Shown: positions 7,643-16,738 of the stretch, piece after piece
How the letters are laid out: every line of letters starts with the position of its first letter
Position numbering within the stretch: the stretch's first letter is position 1
NCBI GenBank assembly: GCA_947626655.1
Contig: CANQTA010000002.1
Location: 1 to 62,309, forward strand
Direction: 5' to 3'
Origin: an uncultured Bacilli bacterium
GTDB taxonomy: Bacteria > Bacillota_I > Bacilli_A > RF39 > UBA660
DNA length: 62,309 nucleotides
Program-made: the position numbers and the translations under genes
Notes under the pieces: generated by a model
Told to the model about the DNA's origin: nothing
Seen by the model: the letters and a program-made list of their open reading frames with translations, nothing else
The model's database searches: none

Positions 7643-10600
7643 TTTCTAATTCCTCATTATATTCTTTTCTATTATTAATAAGTTCTTTATATTTACCATT
7701 CCATCTATATCTCTCAACAGTTACCACCGAAGAATTTTGCGGTCTTATTAACTCACAAATAGATAAATCATTAATTGTATCATAATCTCCCCATAGTACT
7801 TGCGAATTAATAATAAAATCAATATCCAAATAGTTCAAAATACCAAACATTTCTCTAATATTATCTTCATCAACTCCGGCAAAAGCTTCATCAAGAGCAA
7901 TTATTCTCAAAGCATTACTACGAGCTAAATTAAGTTTAGCATATACACTAGCAAAAAGCGGAATATACATACTTTTAGCTCTTTCACCTCCACTAAATTT
8001 TGCAAAAGTTTTATCAGTTAATTCTTTAAATTCTTCACCTTTACGCTCATAAAATAATTGAAAAGTAAACCAAGAACGATAATCTAACACTTCTTCAATA
8101 ATCTTAGCAAAAGACACAAAAGAATCAGCATATAATTCCTCAGCTTTTTTTATTTTAGTTCGAAAATGATTGGTTAATTCTTCACGATCATTATCTTTTA
8201 ACATTAAAGGATCCATTTGTAAAATTCTAACCAATTCTTTTGTATCAATCTCTCCTTCATTAGAAACTGTATTACTTTTCCAAACTAATTTAAATCTTAA
8301 AGCACTATTTTCTTGCATAGTTTTCATAATATTATTAATCTTTTTTACCCATTCATTTGAAGAATTAATTTTATTTCTAATTTTTTCACCAACCGTATTA
8401 AGCAAAATATCTTCAAATAAGTGTCTATCTTGTTTACTAATTAAATCCTTATTTTCTAAAATATCATTTTCTAAACTTTGAGCTAAATCAATAACATTAA
8501 CTTTTCGTCCTTGATATAAGGCAATTACATCAATTCTTTTATTATTAATATATAATTCTCTTAAATGCTCATCATCTTCTTCATAATCATTAAATAAATC
8601 TACTATTCTTAAAGAATAATCATTTAATTCCAAAGAATAAAAGTTAAATGCTTTATAAAAATCTTTTTCCACGTCCATTAAATTCTTATCTTTGCGATTA
8701 TTATCTTCATTAATTACCATTTTTACTAAACTAATTGTATCATTTGATTCAATATTGTAAACATAATGAAGCTTATATTCTCTTAAAAATATTTCTTTAT
8801 AAATTTCTAATTCTTTTGACAACGCTTCTTTATTTTTCTGTAACTCTTCATAATCTCTATTTTTATATTCAATATCTCGATCTAAAGTTGCAATAATTTT
8901 TAAAAGTTCATCTTTTTCTTTATTTAAATTACGTAAATCATTTTCAATATTAAGCAATTTTTCTTTTTGTTCTTGAAATTCTTTTGTTTCTAAAAGTTCA
9001 GTAATATTTTTCTCATTTTCTTCATTTATTTCTAATTCAACTATTTTTTCATTTTTTGAAGCTAACTGATACTCAATATTATTTATAATATCCTCTAATC
9101 TTTCTTGATAACTAAACTTTATTTCTTTCTTACTTACATAAATATTCTTTAAATTCTTGAAATTTTGTAACATTTCATTTATACTACCCAAAACAGTTAA
9201 AGTTTCTTTATAACTTTCTTTATTAAGAGGAATTAACATATCTTTTTTCTTATCCAATAATTCTGCTTTTATTTCATTTAATTTATTATTATAAACAATT
9301 AATTTTTCTTCTAATTCTTTTTGCTTTACATCTACCCATTTTAAAGAACTCTTTATTTCAAACATATTATCCAATATATCATTTATCAATTTATTATCTG
9401 GTAAATTTTTCATTTCTAATTTAATGACATCTATTTTACTGTTATTATTATTAATAATATTAGTTATATTATTTATTTCCGTATTAACTACTTCTATTTT
9501 ATCTTCTAAATCTCTCAATTTTAATTTTTTTATCTCTAATCTCTTTAAATAACCAATAAAACTTTGCTTATAATCTTTACTTGCTAATGAATTTAAAATA
9601 TCCATCCTAGCTTTTCCATTTTCCGATATTGAAACAATATCATTAGCATTAATACTTATTGATTCTAAAATTTCTTTAACATAGCTTTCTGAAATACCTA
9701 TATTTTTATCAATCCTAATATCAAAATATTTAAGTAAATTATCACTTTTCTTAGTAGATTTTGTTAAATAAAGAACTTGTACTCCTAATTTTTCTAATTT
9801 TGAAATGTCTTTTTCATCAATTATTTTAGCATTTAAAATATTTAAATCTAGCAAAGCAGATTCTAAATTATTTTTTGTTTTATCATTAACACTACTTTTA
9901 TATTCAATACATTTATATAAAGGAACACTTTTAATATTATTATTCTTTAATATTTCTTCTGTTTCACTATTTAGAGAAGGTATTTCTACATCATCTTGTA
10001 ATTCAATAGTTTTATATTCATGTTCTAAATTACTTTTTTCTTGGTTTTTAACATTTAATTTATTTTCTAAACTTAAATTATCGCTTAAAAAGTTATTAAT
10101 TAAATCTCTTGCATAATCATTATATAAATTTTTAACTATATCAAAATTTTCTTTTGTATAATCATTCATAAGCTCAAAAATTTGTTTTCTATAAGTATCA
10201 TTTAATTTTAAGACTTCATTATTATTTACTTTATTAATAAAATCTTCTTCCCAACTCATAATACTTTCTTTTAAATTATTTTCGTTAGCTTTTAAATCTT
10301 CTTCTAATTTTTGATAAGTATTATTAAGTTTTTCAAAATCTATTCTTGTTTCTTCACTATCATTCAATATTTTCTCTTCATTATTTAATAGTTCTAATAT
10401 TTGGCTTACTTTATCTTTATATTTATGTAATGCCATAAAAATTCCCTTAATAACACTATCATCATCATTATTATCAATATCTAAATTATAATTTTTAAAC
10501 TCTTGAAAATAACTATCATTAGCTAAAGTTTTTAAATCTATTTGTAATTCTTCTAACTCATTTTTTAATTTATATATATCATCTTCTAAATTAGCAATAT

Positions 10601-11714
10601 TTTTACTTATTTTAATTTTTTCTGCTTCGTTAGCATTTATTATTTTACTTAAATCTGTAATCTTATTTTTTAAAATTTCAATATTTTCCTTAATTTTTGC
10701 CAATGATTCAATTTTTTGTTTTAAATCACTATTATCATACTGTTGTTTCATTTCACTATTTATTTCAATACTTTTTAAAACTTCTTCTAATCTTTTGTTA
10801 TTATCATCTAAGCTACTTTTTATATCATTAATATTTTTTTCGATATCTTTTAAATTTTTAATAAATTTATTATAATTATCTACTACATTCTTATAATTTT
10901 TAGCTTTTGTATATAAATGAACTGCATTGTAATTTTGAAAAATCTTCATAAAATCTTTTAAAGTTTTATTATTTTTTTCTAAAATTTCAATTTGTTCCTT
11001 AGTTTTATTCATTTCAGAAATGGCCTCAGATAAAGGTCTTAATTCTTCTTCAGTAAGAGGTTGTAATACTTTATTTAAAACATCAATTAAATTAGTTGGT
11101 TTATAATCTTTCGATAATTTATTACTTCTTAATTGTAACAATAACTTAATAAATTCATCATAAGTATCTAAATTAGCAAATCCGAACAATAATCTATTAA
11201 CCATTTCTTTATAATCTTTAGTACTATCAGTAAATTCATTTATTGTTCCAAGTCGTGATTTTAATTCGTTTTTTGTAAGAGGAATCTTGTTAACTGGATC
11301 TTTATATAAATAAAAATCTTTATTCACTCTTTTCCCATCTTTTAAACAAAATCCCCAAGAATCAACTCCTCTTCCTTTTCTACCTCTAAACCCTAGTCCA
11401 ATAGTTATATACTGTTTCATTTCTTCATTATAAGTTTCCATATAAAGATAAGCAGTTGATTCTTCTTTTTGAATTGATTCTGAATCGCCAATAATATAAT
11501 CTTCAATTTTTCTTTCTTTTGAACCAAAGGGATCTAACCGATCAGGAGATTTATTACCGTCTAAAATAAGAGGAATAAATGACTGCATCGTAACAGACTT
11601 ACCACTTCCATTAGTACCTCTTAAAATAAGTTTACCACCATAAAAATCATATTCTTCTTCATCATATAACCAAAAATTCAACAAGCCAATTTTCGTGATT
11701 TTAAATCTATCCAT
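7635..11714 (-). CDS. jetC: Wadjet JetC-like SMC-family ATPase (TIGR02680-like)
   Basis: Walker A GTNGSGKSV at the N terminus. About 900 aa of coiled-coil-like K/E/N/L-rich sequence. Signature FSGGERAKS and Walker B RIIALDEAFAGVD at the C terminus. Confidence 0.85.
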   Translation of the reverse strand: MDRFKITKIGLLNFWLYDEEEYDFYGGKLILRGTNGSGKSVTMQSFIPLILDGNKSPDRLDPFGSKERKIEDYIIGDSESIQKEESTAYLYMETYNEEMKQYITIGLGFRGRKGRGVDSWGFCLKDGKRVNKDFYLYKDPVNKIPLTKNELKSRLGTINEFTDSTKDYKEMVNRLLFGFANLDTYDEFIKLLLQLRSNKLSKDYKPTNLIDVLNKVLQPLTEEELRPLSEAISEMNKTKEQIEILEKNNKTLKDFMKIFQNYNAVHLYTKAKNYKNVVDNYNKFIKNLKDIEKNINDIKSSLDDNNKRLEEVLKSIEINSEMKQQYDNSDLKQKIESLAKIKENIEILKNKITDLSKIINANEAEKIKISKNIANLEDDIYKLKNELEELQIDLKTLANDSYFQEFKNYNLDIDNNDDDSVIKGIFMALHKYKDKVSQILELLNNEEKILNDSEETRIDFEKLNNTYQKLEEDLKANENNLKESIMSWEEDFINKVNNNEVLKLNDTYRKQIFELMNDYTKENFDIVKNLYNDYARDLINNFLSDNLSLENKLNVKNQEKSNLEHEYKTIELQDDVEIPSLNSETEEILKNNNIKSVPLYKCIEYKSSVNDKTKNNLESALLDLNILNAKIIDEKDISKLEKLGVQVLYLTKSTKKSDNLLKYFDIRIDKNIGISESYVKEILESISINANDIVSISENGKARMDILNSLASKDYKQSFIGYLKRLEIKKLKLRDLEDKIEVVNTEINNITNIINNNNSKIDVIKLEMKNLPDNKLINDILDNMFEIKSSLKWVDVKQKELEEKLIVYNNKLNEIKAELLDKKKDMLIPLNKESYKETLTVLGSINEMLQNFKNLKNIYVSKKEIKFSYQERLEDIINNIEYQLASKNEKIVELEINEENEKNITELLETKEFQEQKEKLLNIENDLRNLNKEKDELLKIIATLDRDIEYKNRDYEELQKNKEALSKELEIYKEIFLREYKLHYVYNIESNDTISLVKMVINEDNNRKDKNLMDVEKDFYKAFNFYSLELNDYSLRIVDLFNDYEEDDEHLRELYINNKRIDVIALYQGRKVNVIDLAQSLENDILENKDLISKQDRHLFEDILLNTVGEKIRNKINSSNEWVKKINNIMKTMQENSALRFKLVWKSNTVSNEGEIDTKELVRILQMDPLMLKDNDREELTNHFRTKIKKAEELYADSFVSFAKIIEEVLDYRSWFTFQLFYERKGEEFKELTDKTFAKFSGGERAKSMYIPLFASVYAKLNLARSNALRIIALDEAFAGVDEDNIREMFGILNYLDIDFIINSQVLWGDYDTINDLSICELIRPQNSSVVTVERYRWNGKYKELINNRKEYNEELENA

Positions 11715-12882
11715 CTATACTACCTCCAAACAAATCTAATTGGGCATTTTCTTCTTTCGGAATATAACCTACTAACTTAGATACCATCGGCAAAATTTTA
11801 TAACCAGTTTCATAAGTACTTAAAAAAGAATATTCTGACATATAATTTATAACTTCCTTTATAAAAACATCCTGGGTAATTTCTCGATAATTTTTACTAA
11901 AGTAGTCTAAATTTTCATTTCTAACTTCCTTTATAATTCTCATTAATTCTTCTTTAGTTAAAAACAATACTTCCTTATCATTTATTTTTAAAATTCCCTC
12001 ATTAATTTTATCTAATATTTTATAATTTACCATCAAAACAATATCTGAAATAGCCTTATTATTAGGAAAATCATATTTTTCTCTACTAAGAGTTGGGTAT
12101 AATAATAGTACCATATTTTTAGTAAGCTCCAATTCAGCATCAATATACTTACTAAGTTCGTCTTTAATTACTCCTCTAAACTTTCTTAAATAATCAATTT
12201 CAAATTCCGTTAAATCTTCAGTATAAACTACTAAAGAAAATAATAAATGTCTATAAACTTTATATCTCCTAACATCACCAATATTTTCATTTTGATTAAC
12301 AAATTCATCATTGATATAATCATTTATTGTCTGATATTCTAAAATATTATTTTTAAATTCTCTCACAAAATAATTAGATAATCCAGTTGTTTCATATAAT
12401 CCTTCAGCCGAAGTATCTTCTGTAAATAATTTTTTTTCCTCCACTATCTTAATTAGACCCATATCTTTTAAATAATTAATAACATTCACTAAACATTTTC
12501 GATGATGTAAAATATTCCAATTAGGAATTGTATCTAATTTTAAAGTCGTTGCTACATTACTTATATAATCTATCAAATTAGATAAAATAAATTGCTCTAA
12601 CTTAGGTTTATCTTCTAAAAATAATAAAATAATAAATAAAATAACATACTCCAATTTATCAGTAAAATTATTTATTCCCATATAAGACTTTGGTACACTT
12701 GGTATTTTTTCTAATTTTATAAATCGATCATTTACAATTAATCTACTTCCTAATTTTGTCTGAATAAAATTTTTATAATAATCCAAATTATTTTTTATAT
12801 TAAAATAAAGAGTTGGAGTTTGATTTTTAAGACACCAAAAATTATTAAGCAAATATTCTAATTCTTTTGTATGTATATCCAT
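11707..12882 (-). CDS. jetB: Wadjet JetB-like subunit (TIGR02678/DUF2398-like, by position and size)
   Basis: 391 aa, with overlapping stop/start on both sides inside the four-gene cassette. No enzymatic motif. Confidence 0.65.
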   Translation of the reverse strand: MDIHTKELEYLLNNFWCLKNQTPTLYFNIKNNLDYYKNFIQTKLGSRLIVNDRFIKLEKIPSVPKSYMGINNFTDKLEYVILFIILLFLEDKPKLEQFILSNLIDYISNVATTLKLDTIPNWNILHHRKCLVNVINYLKDMGLIKIVEEKKLFTEDTSAEGLYETTGLSNYFVREFKNNILEYQTINDYINDEFVNQNENIGDVRRYKVYRHLLFSLVVYTEDLTEFEIDYLRKFRGVIKDELSKYIDAELELTKNMVLLLYPTLSREKYDFPNNKAISDIVLMVNYKILDKINEGILKINDKEVLFLTKEELMRIIKEVRNENLDYFSKNYREITQDVFIKEVINYMSEYSFLSTYETGYKILPMVSKLVGYIPKEENAQLDLFGGSIDG

Positions 12883-14345
12883 TATAAATCACCTTCAAAT
12901 TCAATTATTAAACTATCCATTAAAAATGTTCCATCTGGTGAAGTAATTTGACACTTACCATTTCCTTTTTTAATTTTATAATTCATTCCAAATTCTGTTT
13001 CTTTTTTAGTTGATGATGACCCTAATAACTTTTGAATATATCTTCTTTCTACCTTTGATAACCAAATCTCTTTTTCTAAAACTATTTGTTTATTTTTAAC
13101 CAAACCTTTTAATATTTGCCGATTTTCTTCTTGTTTCAATCGATATTCTTCTAATATTTTTCTTTTTTCTTCACTTTTATCAACAATTGCTGTTATCAAA
13201 GGTTTTTCTTTTTTAGTTTTTGTCCTCGAAGACAATGATATTTCAATCGGAGGTACATCATAAGTATTAACAATAACTTCAGTATTTATATTTGAATTAC
13301 CAACAAAATGTCTAACATTAGCAACCCCAAAAATTACTGCTGCATATTTATGAGCTTCATCGATATTATCTAACTTATCAAACAATTTACATAAATGCTT
13401 ATATTCTTCTCGTCGACTTGTCATATTGCCATGTAACTCTAGCAAAGAATTAGCATATTTAGTTATTTTTACTATAATATTATTAGTCGTTTCCATAAGT
13501 TTATCACCTTCACTCACAGAATTAAAACTACCAGTAAACCATTTAAAAATGCTATTTATTTTGCCAAAATTTATTTCTCTAAATTTTTCAAAATTAAATT
13601 TTGAATTTAACATTGGATTTTTTTTATAATAATTGTTTAATTTACTTAACAATATATCAATTTTTTCATTAGTTATCTTTTCAATACTATTTTTTATAAT
13701 ATATACATTTTTTTGATAACCAATAATAAATTCTTTTAAATATTTAATAATCTCAGATTTAAACTGTAAAAATAAAACATTTTGTAATAATTCATCAGAC
13801 TTAGGTTCATTAAATTTTTTCAAAAAATCCTGATAATTTTCATTTAATCTATTAAAATCTTCATTTAAATCATTCCAAATATCATTAATTTCTTCATCAC
13901 TTAAATCATTAACATTCTCCATTTTCATAATGCTTAAACGTAATTTATCAAATAATTTAGGCTCTAAGGATGCTGTTTTGACTTCCATTTCTTCTAAATT
14001 TATCAACAATCTCTCAATTTCAATTGCATATTCTGTCATTTGATATCTAAATTTTTTATTTTTAAATTCTTCAATTGAAGTAGCATTCTTGGTATCTTGC
14101 ATCTTTAATAAATTATACCATTCAACAAGTGTTTCTAAATCTCTTTCACATTCTTCTATTGTATAATCATTAAACAATTCATTTACTTTTAACTCATTAT
14201 ATATATCTTCTTTATATAACCAATATTCAAGTTTTTCATAATGCAAATAAAAACAACGCATTATTGATCTATAACGCCAAGAATTTTCAGCATTCAAATA
14301 TCTTGTTTCATTTATTTGCTTAGTTAAATTTTCATATACTTCCAT
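12882..14345 (-). CDS. jetA: Wadjet JetA-like kleisin-type subunit (TIGR02677/DUF2397-like, by position, size and N-terminal pattern)
   Basis: 487 aa. N-terminal RYLNAENSWRYRSIMRCFYLHYE. TAATG junction with jetB. SD AGAGGAAGAA before the ATG. Confidence 0.65.
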   Translation of the reverse strand: MEVYENLTKQINETRYLNAENSWRYRSIMRCFYLHYEKLEYWLYKEDIYNELKVNELFNDYTIEECERDLETLVEWYNLLKMQDTKNATSIEEFKNKKFRYQMTEYAIEIERLLINLEEMEVKTASLEPKLFDKLRLSIMKMENVNDLSDEEINDIWNDLNEDFNRLNENYQDFLKKFNEPKSDELLQNVLFLQFKSEIIKYLKEFIIGYQKNVYIIKNSIEKITNEKIDILLSKLNNYYKKNPMLNSKFNFEKFREINFGKINSIFKWFTGSFNSVSEGDKLMETTNNIIVKITKYANSLLELHGNMTSRREEYKHLCKLFDKLDNIDEAHKYAAVIFGVANVRHFVGNSNINTEVIVNTYDVPPIEISLSSRTKTKKEKPLITAIVDKSEEKRKILEEYRLKQEENRQILKGLVKNKQIVLEKEIWLSKVERRYIQKLLGSSSTKKETEFGMNYKIKKGNGKCQITSPDGTFLMDSLIIEFEGDL

Positions 14346-14365
14346 TTCTTCCTCTTTTAGATACT

Positions 14366-14394
14366 ATAATACCATATTCTACCAATTATTTAAA
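14366..14394 (-). promoter_or_regulatory. candidate promoter of the jet operon
   Basis: Minus strand TTTAAA, 17-nt spacer, TGgTATTAT (extended -10), about 20 nt upstream of the jetA ATG. Confidence 0.35.
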
Positions 14395-14426
14395 GAAAAA
14401 ATTTTATTTTAACGTTTATCCCTATT

Positions 14427-15614
14427 TTAATTTAAAATCAATTCTTTTAATTTATTAATTTGACTATTTAGCAAAATACATAATTTATTAATTCGACTAT
14501 CAGAATATCCAGTTAAATATTGATATTGATGTAATAAATCATCAAACCATTCTACTATTCCATCTAATTTACTTATCTCGATTCTTTTTATATTTTTAAC
14601 TACTTTTATTATTTCATCAAAAGATTTTACTTCATAGAACAATCTTCCATTTCCAGAAATATGTATCTCTTCTTCATCATAATACTCTAGATTTAAACTC
14701 TGACCATTATCAAATATCGGAGCTACATCAATCCATTCTAAAGTATTAACATCTCTTATAATACCAAAATTATTTAAATGCCTGTCTTCATTCATAATTA
14801 TATAATCTAAAATATACATATTTTCAAGCTTTTCTCTAGCATTTTTTATATTATAATCTTCTAATTTTTTAATATATTCTTCATAATCTTCTAAATTATC
14901 ATGTCGTTTCATCTCATTTTTAATTTGATAGCACGTAATAAGTTCTGTATCCTTAGTTATAAAACAAGGACATTTAGATACCACTATATCTTTATATGTA
15001 TCTATTGTATATTCCACATGATTAAATCCTAATCTTTTACATATTTCACTTGCTAAAACCTCATTAAAAGGTTGTAAAGTTTCGTTTTTATAACCGCCTT
15101 TTAACAAATATCTTGTCCCATTATCGATAATCCAAGCTTTTTTAAGCATTCCATCTGTTGTATTATTAGGAGTTTTTAATGAAGCTTCTTTTGTTATTTG
15201 ACTACCATTAGTCGACAAAGAGGCTTCCATAAACTCAGCATAATCAAAATCATTATCAAAAAAATTAATATCATCATATAAAATATTACTATCATAAGGT
15301 TTTAACCAATATTGATCTGACAAAGATAATCCCAAAGCTTTGTCTAAAAGTTCATAAGGCGCAGTTATATTTAGTCTATGTAATAATATATCCAATTTAT
15401 CACGCCATGAAGGAATACCTCTACCTTTAAACCATTCACTTAAATTAGTTCTAAAAAGATTATCATTGATATCATTTTCTATATAAAAGCTTTTCAAAAT
15501 ATATGGAGCATAATCAATATCTTTAACTTCATATATGTAATCAAAGAACTTTGAAGTTTCATTATATTCCACAATCAATACTTCTTTATTCTTATTCATA
15601 AGTATACATTTCAT
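14427..15614 (-). CDS. HipA-like serine/threonine kinase domain protein with no adjacent HipB-type partner
   Basis: Catalytic-loop-like MNEDRHLNNFGII and Mg-binding-like APIFDNGQS motifs. SD AAGGAGTGA. Confidence 0.65.
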   Translation of the reverse strand: MKCILMNKNKEVLIVEYNETSKFFDYIYEVKDIDYAPYILKSFYIENDINDNLFRTNLSEWFKGRGIPSWRDKLDILLHRLNITAPYELLDKALGLSLSDQYWLKPYDSNILYDDINFFDNDFDYAEFMEASLSTNGSQITKEASLKTPNNTTDGMLKKAWIIDNGTRYLLKGGYKNETLQPFNEVLASEICKRLGFNHVEYTIDTYKDIVVSKCPCFITKDTELITCYQIKNEMKRHDNLEDYEEYIKKLEDYNIKNAREKLENMYILDYIIMNEDRHLNNFGIIRDVNTLEWIDVAPIFDNGQSLNLEYYDEEEIHISGNGRLFYEVKSFDEIIKVVKNIKRIEISKLDGIVEWFDDLLHQYQYLTGYSDSRINKLCILLNSQINKLKELILN

Positions 15615-15642
15615 AGATAAATCACTCCTTTTTATTACTATT

Positions 15643-15672
15643 ATTATAACATACTCAATTTTATAAATAAAC
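15643..15672 (-). promoter_or_regulatory. candidate promoter of the HipA-like gene
   Basis: Minus strand TGtTATAAT extended -10 (TATAAT = 15643-15648) with a TTTATT-like -35 at 17 nt. Confidence 0.35.
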
Positions 15673-15698
15673 TTTGGCGATATTTATAAATTAGCCCC

Positions 15699-15724
15699 AA
15701 AAAAAGAGAAAGAACAATTTCTCT
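15699..15724 (-). terminator. intrinsic terminator after the cohesin-like gene
   Basis: Minus strand AGAGAAA-TTGTTC-TTTCTCT followed by TTTTTTT. Confidence 0.6.
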
Positions 15725-15745
15725 CTCTCAATAGATTATAATTTT

Positions 15746-16723
15746 TTATAACCATTCTTCTTTTAATTTTTTTCTTTTCCTAATAACTAAATAAATTGCA
15801 CATCCAATAACAACAACTGCTAAAATAACTATAAATACGATAATACTACTATAAGAATTATCTGTTTTTTCTTCATTACTACTACCATTATTATTGCTTC
15901 CCGTGTTATTATTTACACTACCATTATTATTTTCATTATTATTGCTATTTTCACTATTATCATTATTATTACTGCCATTAGTAGTTGGTTTCTTATTTGT
16001 TGAATTATTTTGTTGATCACTACTACTATTATTTACGTTATTATCTGTATTATCATTTGTAGTATCATTATCACTATCTTGTTGATTAGAATTTCCTTCA
16101 TCAATACTTGGTGTATTGCTCTCTGTATTATCTACTTTACCATCACTAGGTTTCTCATCTTCTTGATCAGTCTTATCATCATCTTGTTTATCATTATCAT
16201 CTTGCTTATCATCATTATTTCCTATATCTTCTACTAAATATTTAAAAGTATTTTCACCATCAATTTCATAAGTATCTTTTGCTAATACTTGAGAACTCCA
16301 ATTATTATCAATAATTGCCATACTTCCTAAATTTATCGTATATTCACTACTTTCTTTATAAGTAGTTTTTAATTTAATACTACCTAATGATAATTCTTTC
16401 TTTTCATTTAATAAATTATGTTTAGCTCCAATACCACCAGAAACAACTCTTAATGTTAAAGTATGATTTTCTTTATTAAATTCACTTTTTGTTGTATAAC
16501 TTCCATAATTAGTATTAAAATCAAATCCCATTACTTCAACATTTTCTGATAAATTTAAAACTAAATCAATTCCACCAACAAAACCCTCTTCAAAATGTCC
16601 TTTAACATTAATTACACCATTACTAGTTTCATTCAAAACTATCTTAGTTAATGCTTTCGAAGAAGTTAAAGGAAAAAGTATAAATAGTGTCAAAACTAAC
16701 AAATATTTTAATATTTTTTGCAT
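15746..16723 (-). CDS. membrane-anchored surface protein: signal peptide, cohesin-like beta domain, D/N/S-rich linker, C-terminal TM + RKRKK
   Basis: Signal peptide MQKILKYLLVLTLFILFPLTSSKA. About 140-aa domain with GGIDLVLNLSENVEVMGFDFN. About 130-aa low-complexity tract. C-terminal IIVFIVILAVVVIGCAIYLVIRKRKK. Confidence 0.45.
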   Translation of the reverse strand: MQKILKYLLVLTLFILFPLTSSKALTKIVLNETSNGVINVKGHFEEGFVGGIDLVLNLSENVEVMGFDFNTNYGSYTTKSEFNKENHTLTLRVVSGGIGAKHNLLNEKKELSLGSIKLKTTYKESSEYTINLGSMAIIDNNWSSQVLAKDTYEIDGENTFKYLVEDIGNNDDKQDDNDKQDDDKTDQEDEKPSDGKVDNTESNTPSIDEGNSNQQDSDNDTTNDNTDNNVNNSSSDQQNNSTNKKPTTNGSNNNDNSENSNNNENNNGSVNNNTGSNNNGSSNEEKTDNSYSSIIVFIVILAVVVIGCAIYLVIRKRKKLKEEWL

Positions 16724-16738
16724 TATACTTCCTCCTCA

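Noticed and set aside
6949-13629. Track ORFs 6949-7143, 8170-8481, 9805-10116 and 13426-13629 on the + strand inside the jet genes
   Set aside because: All are antisense to long coupled Wadjet genes and are rich in L/F/S/I from reading AT-rich coiled-coil codons backwards. None has an RBS.
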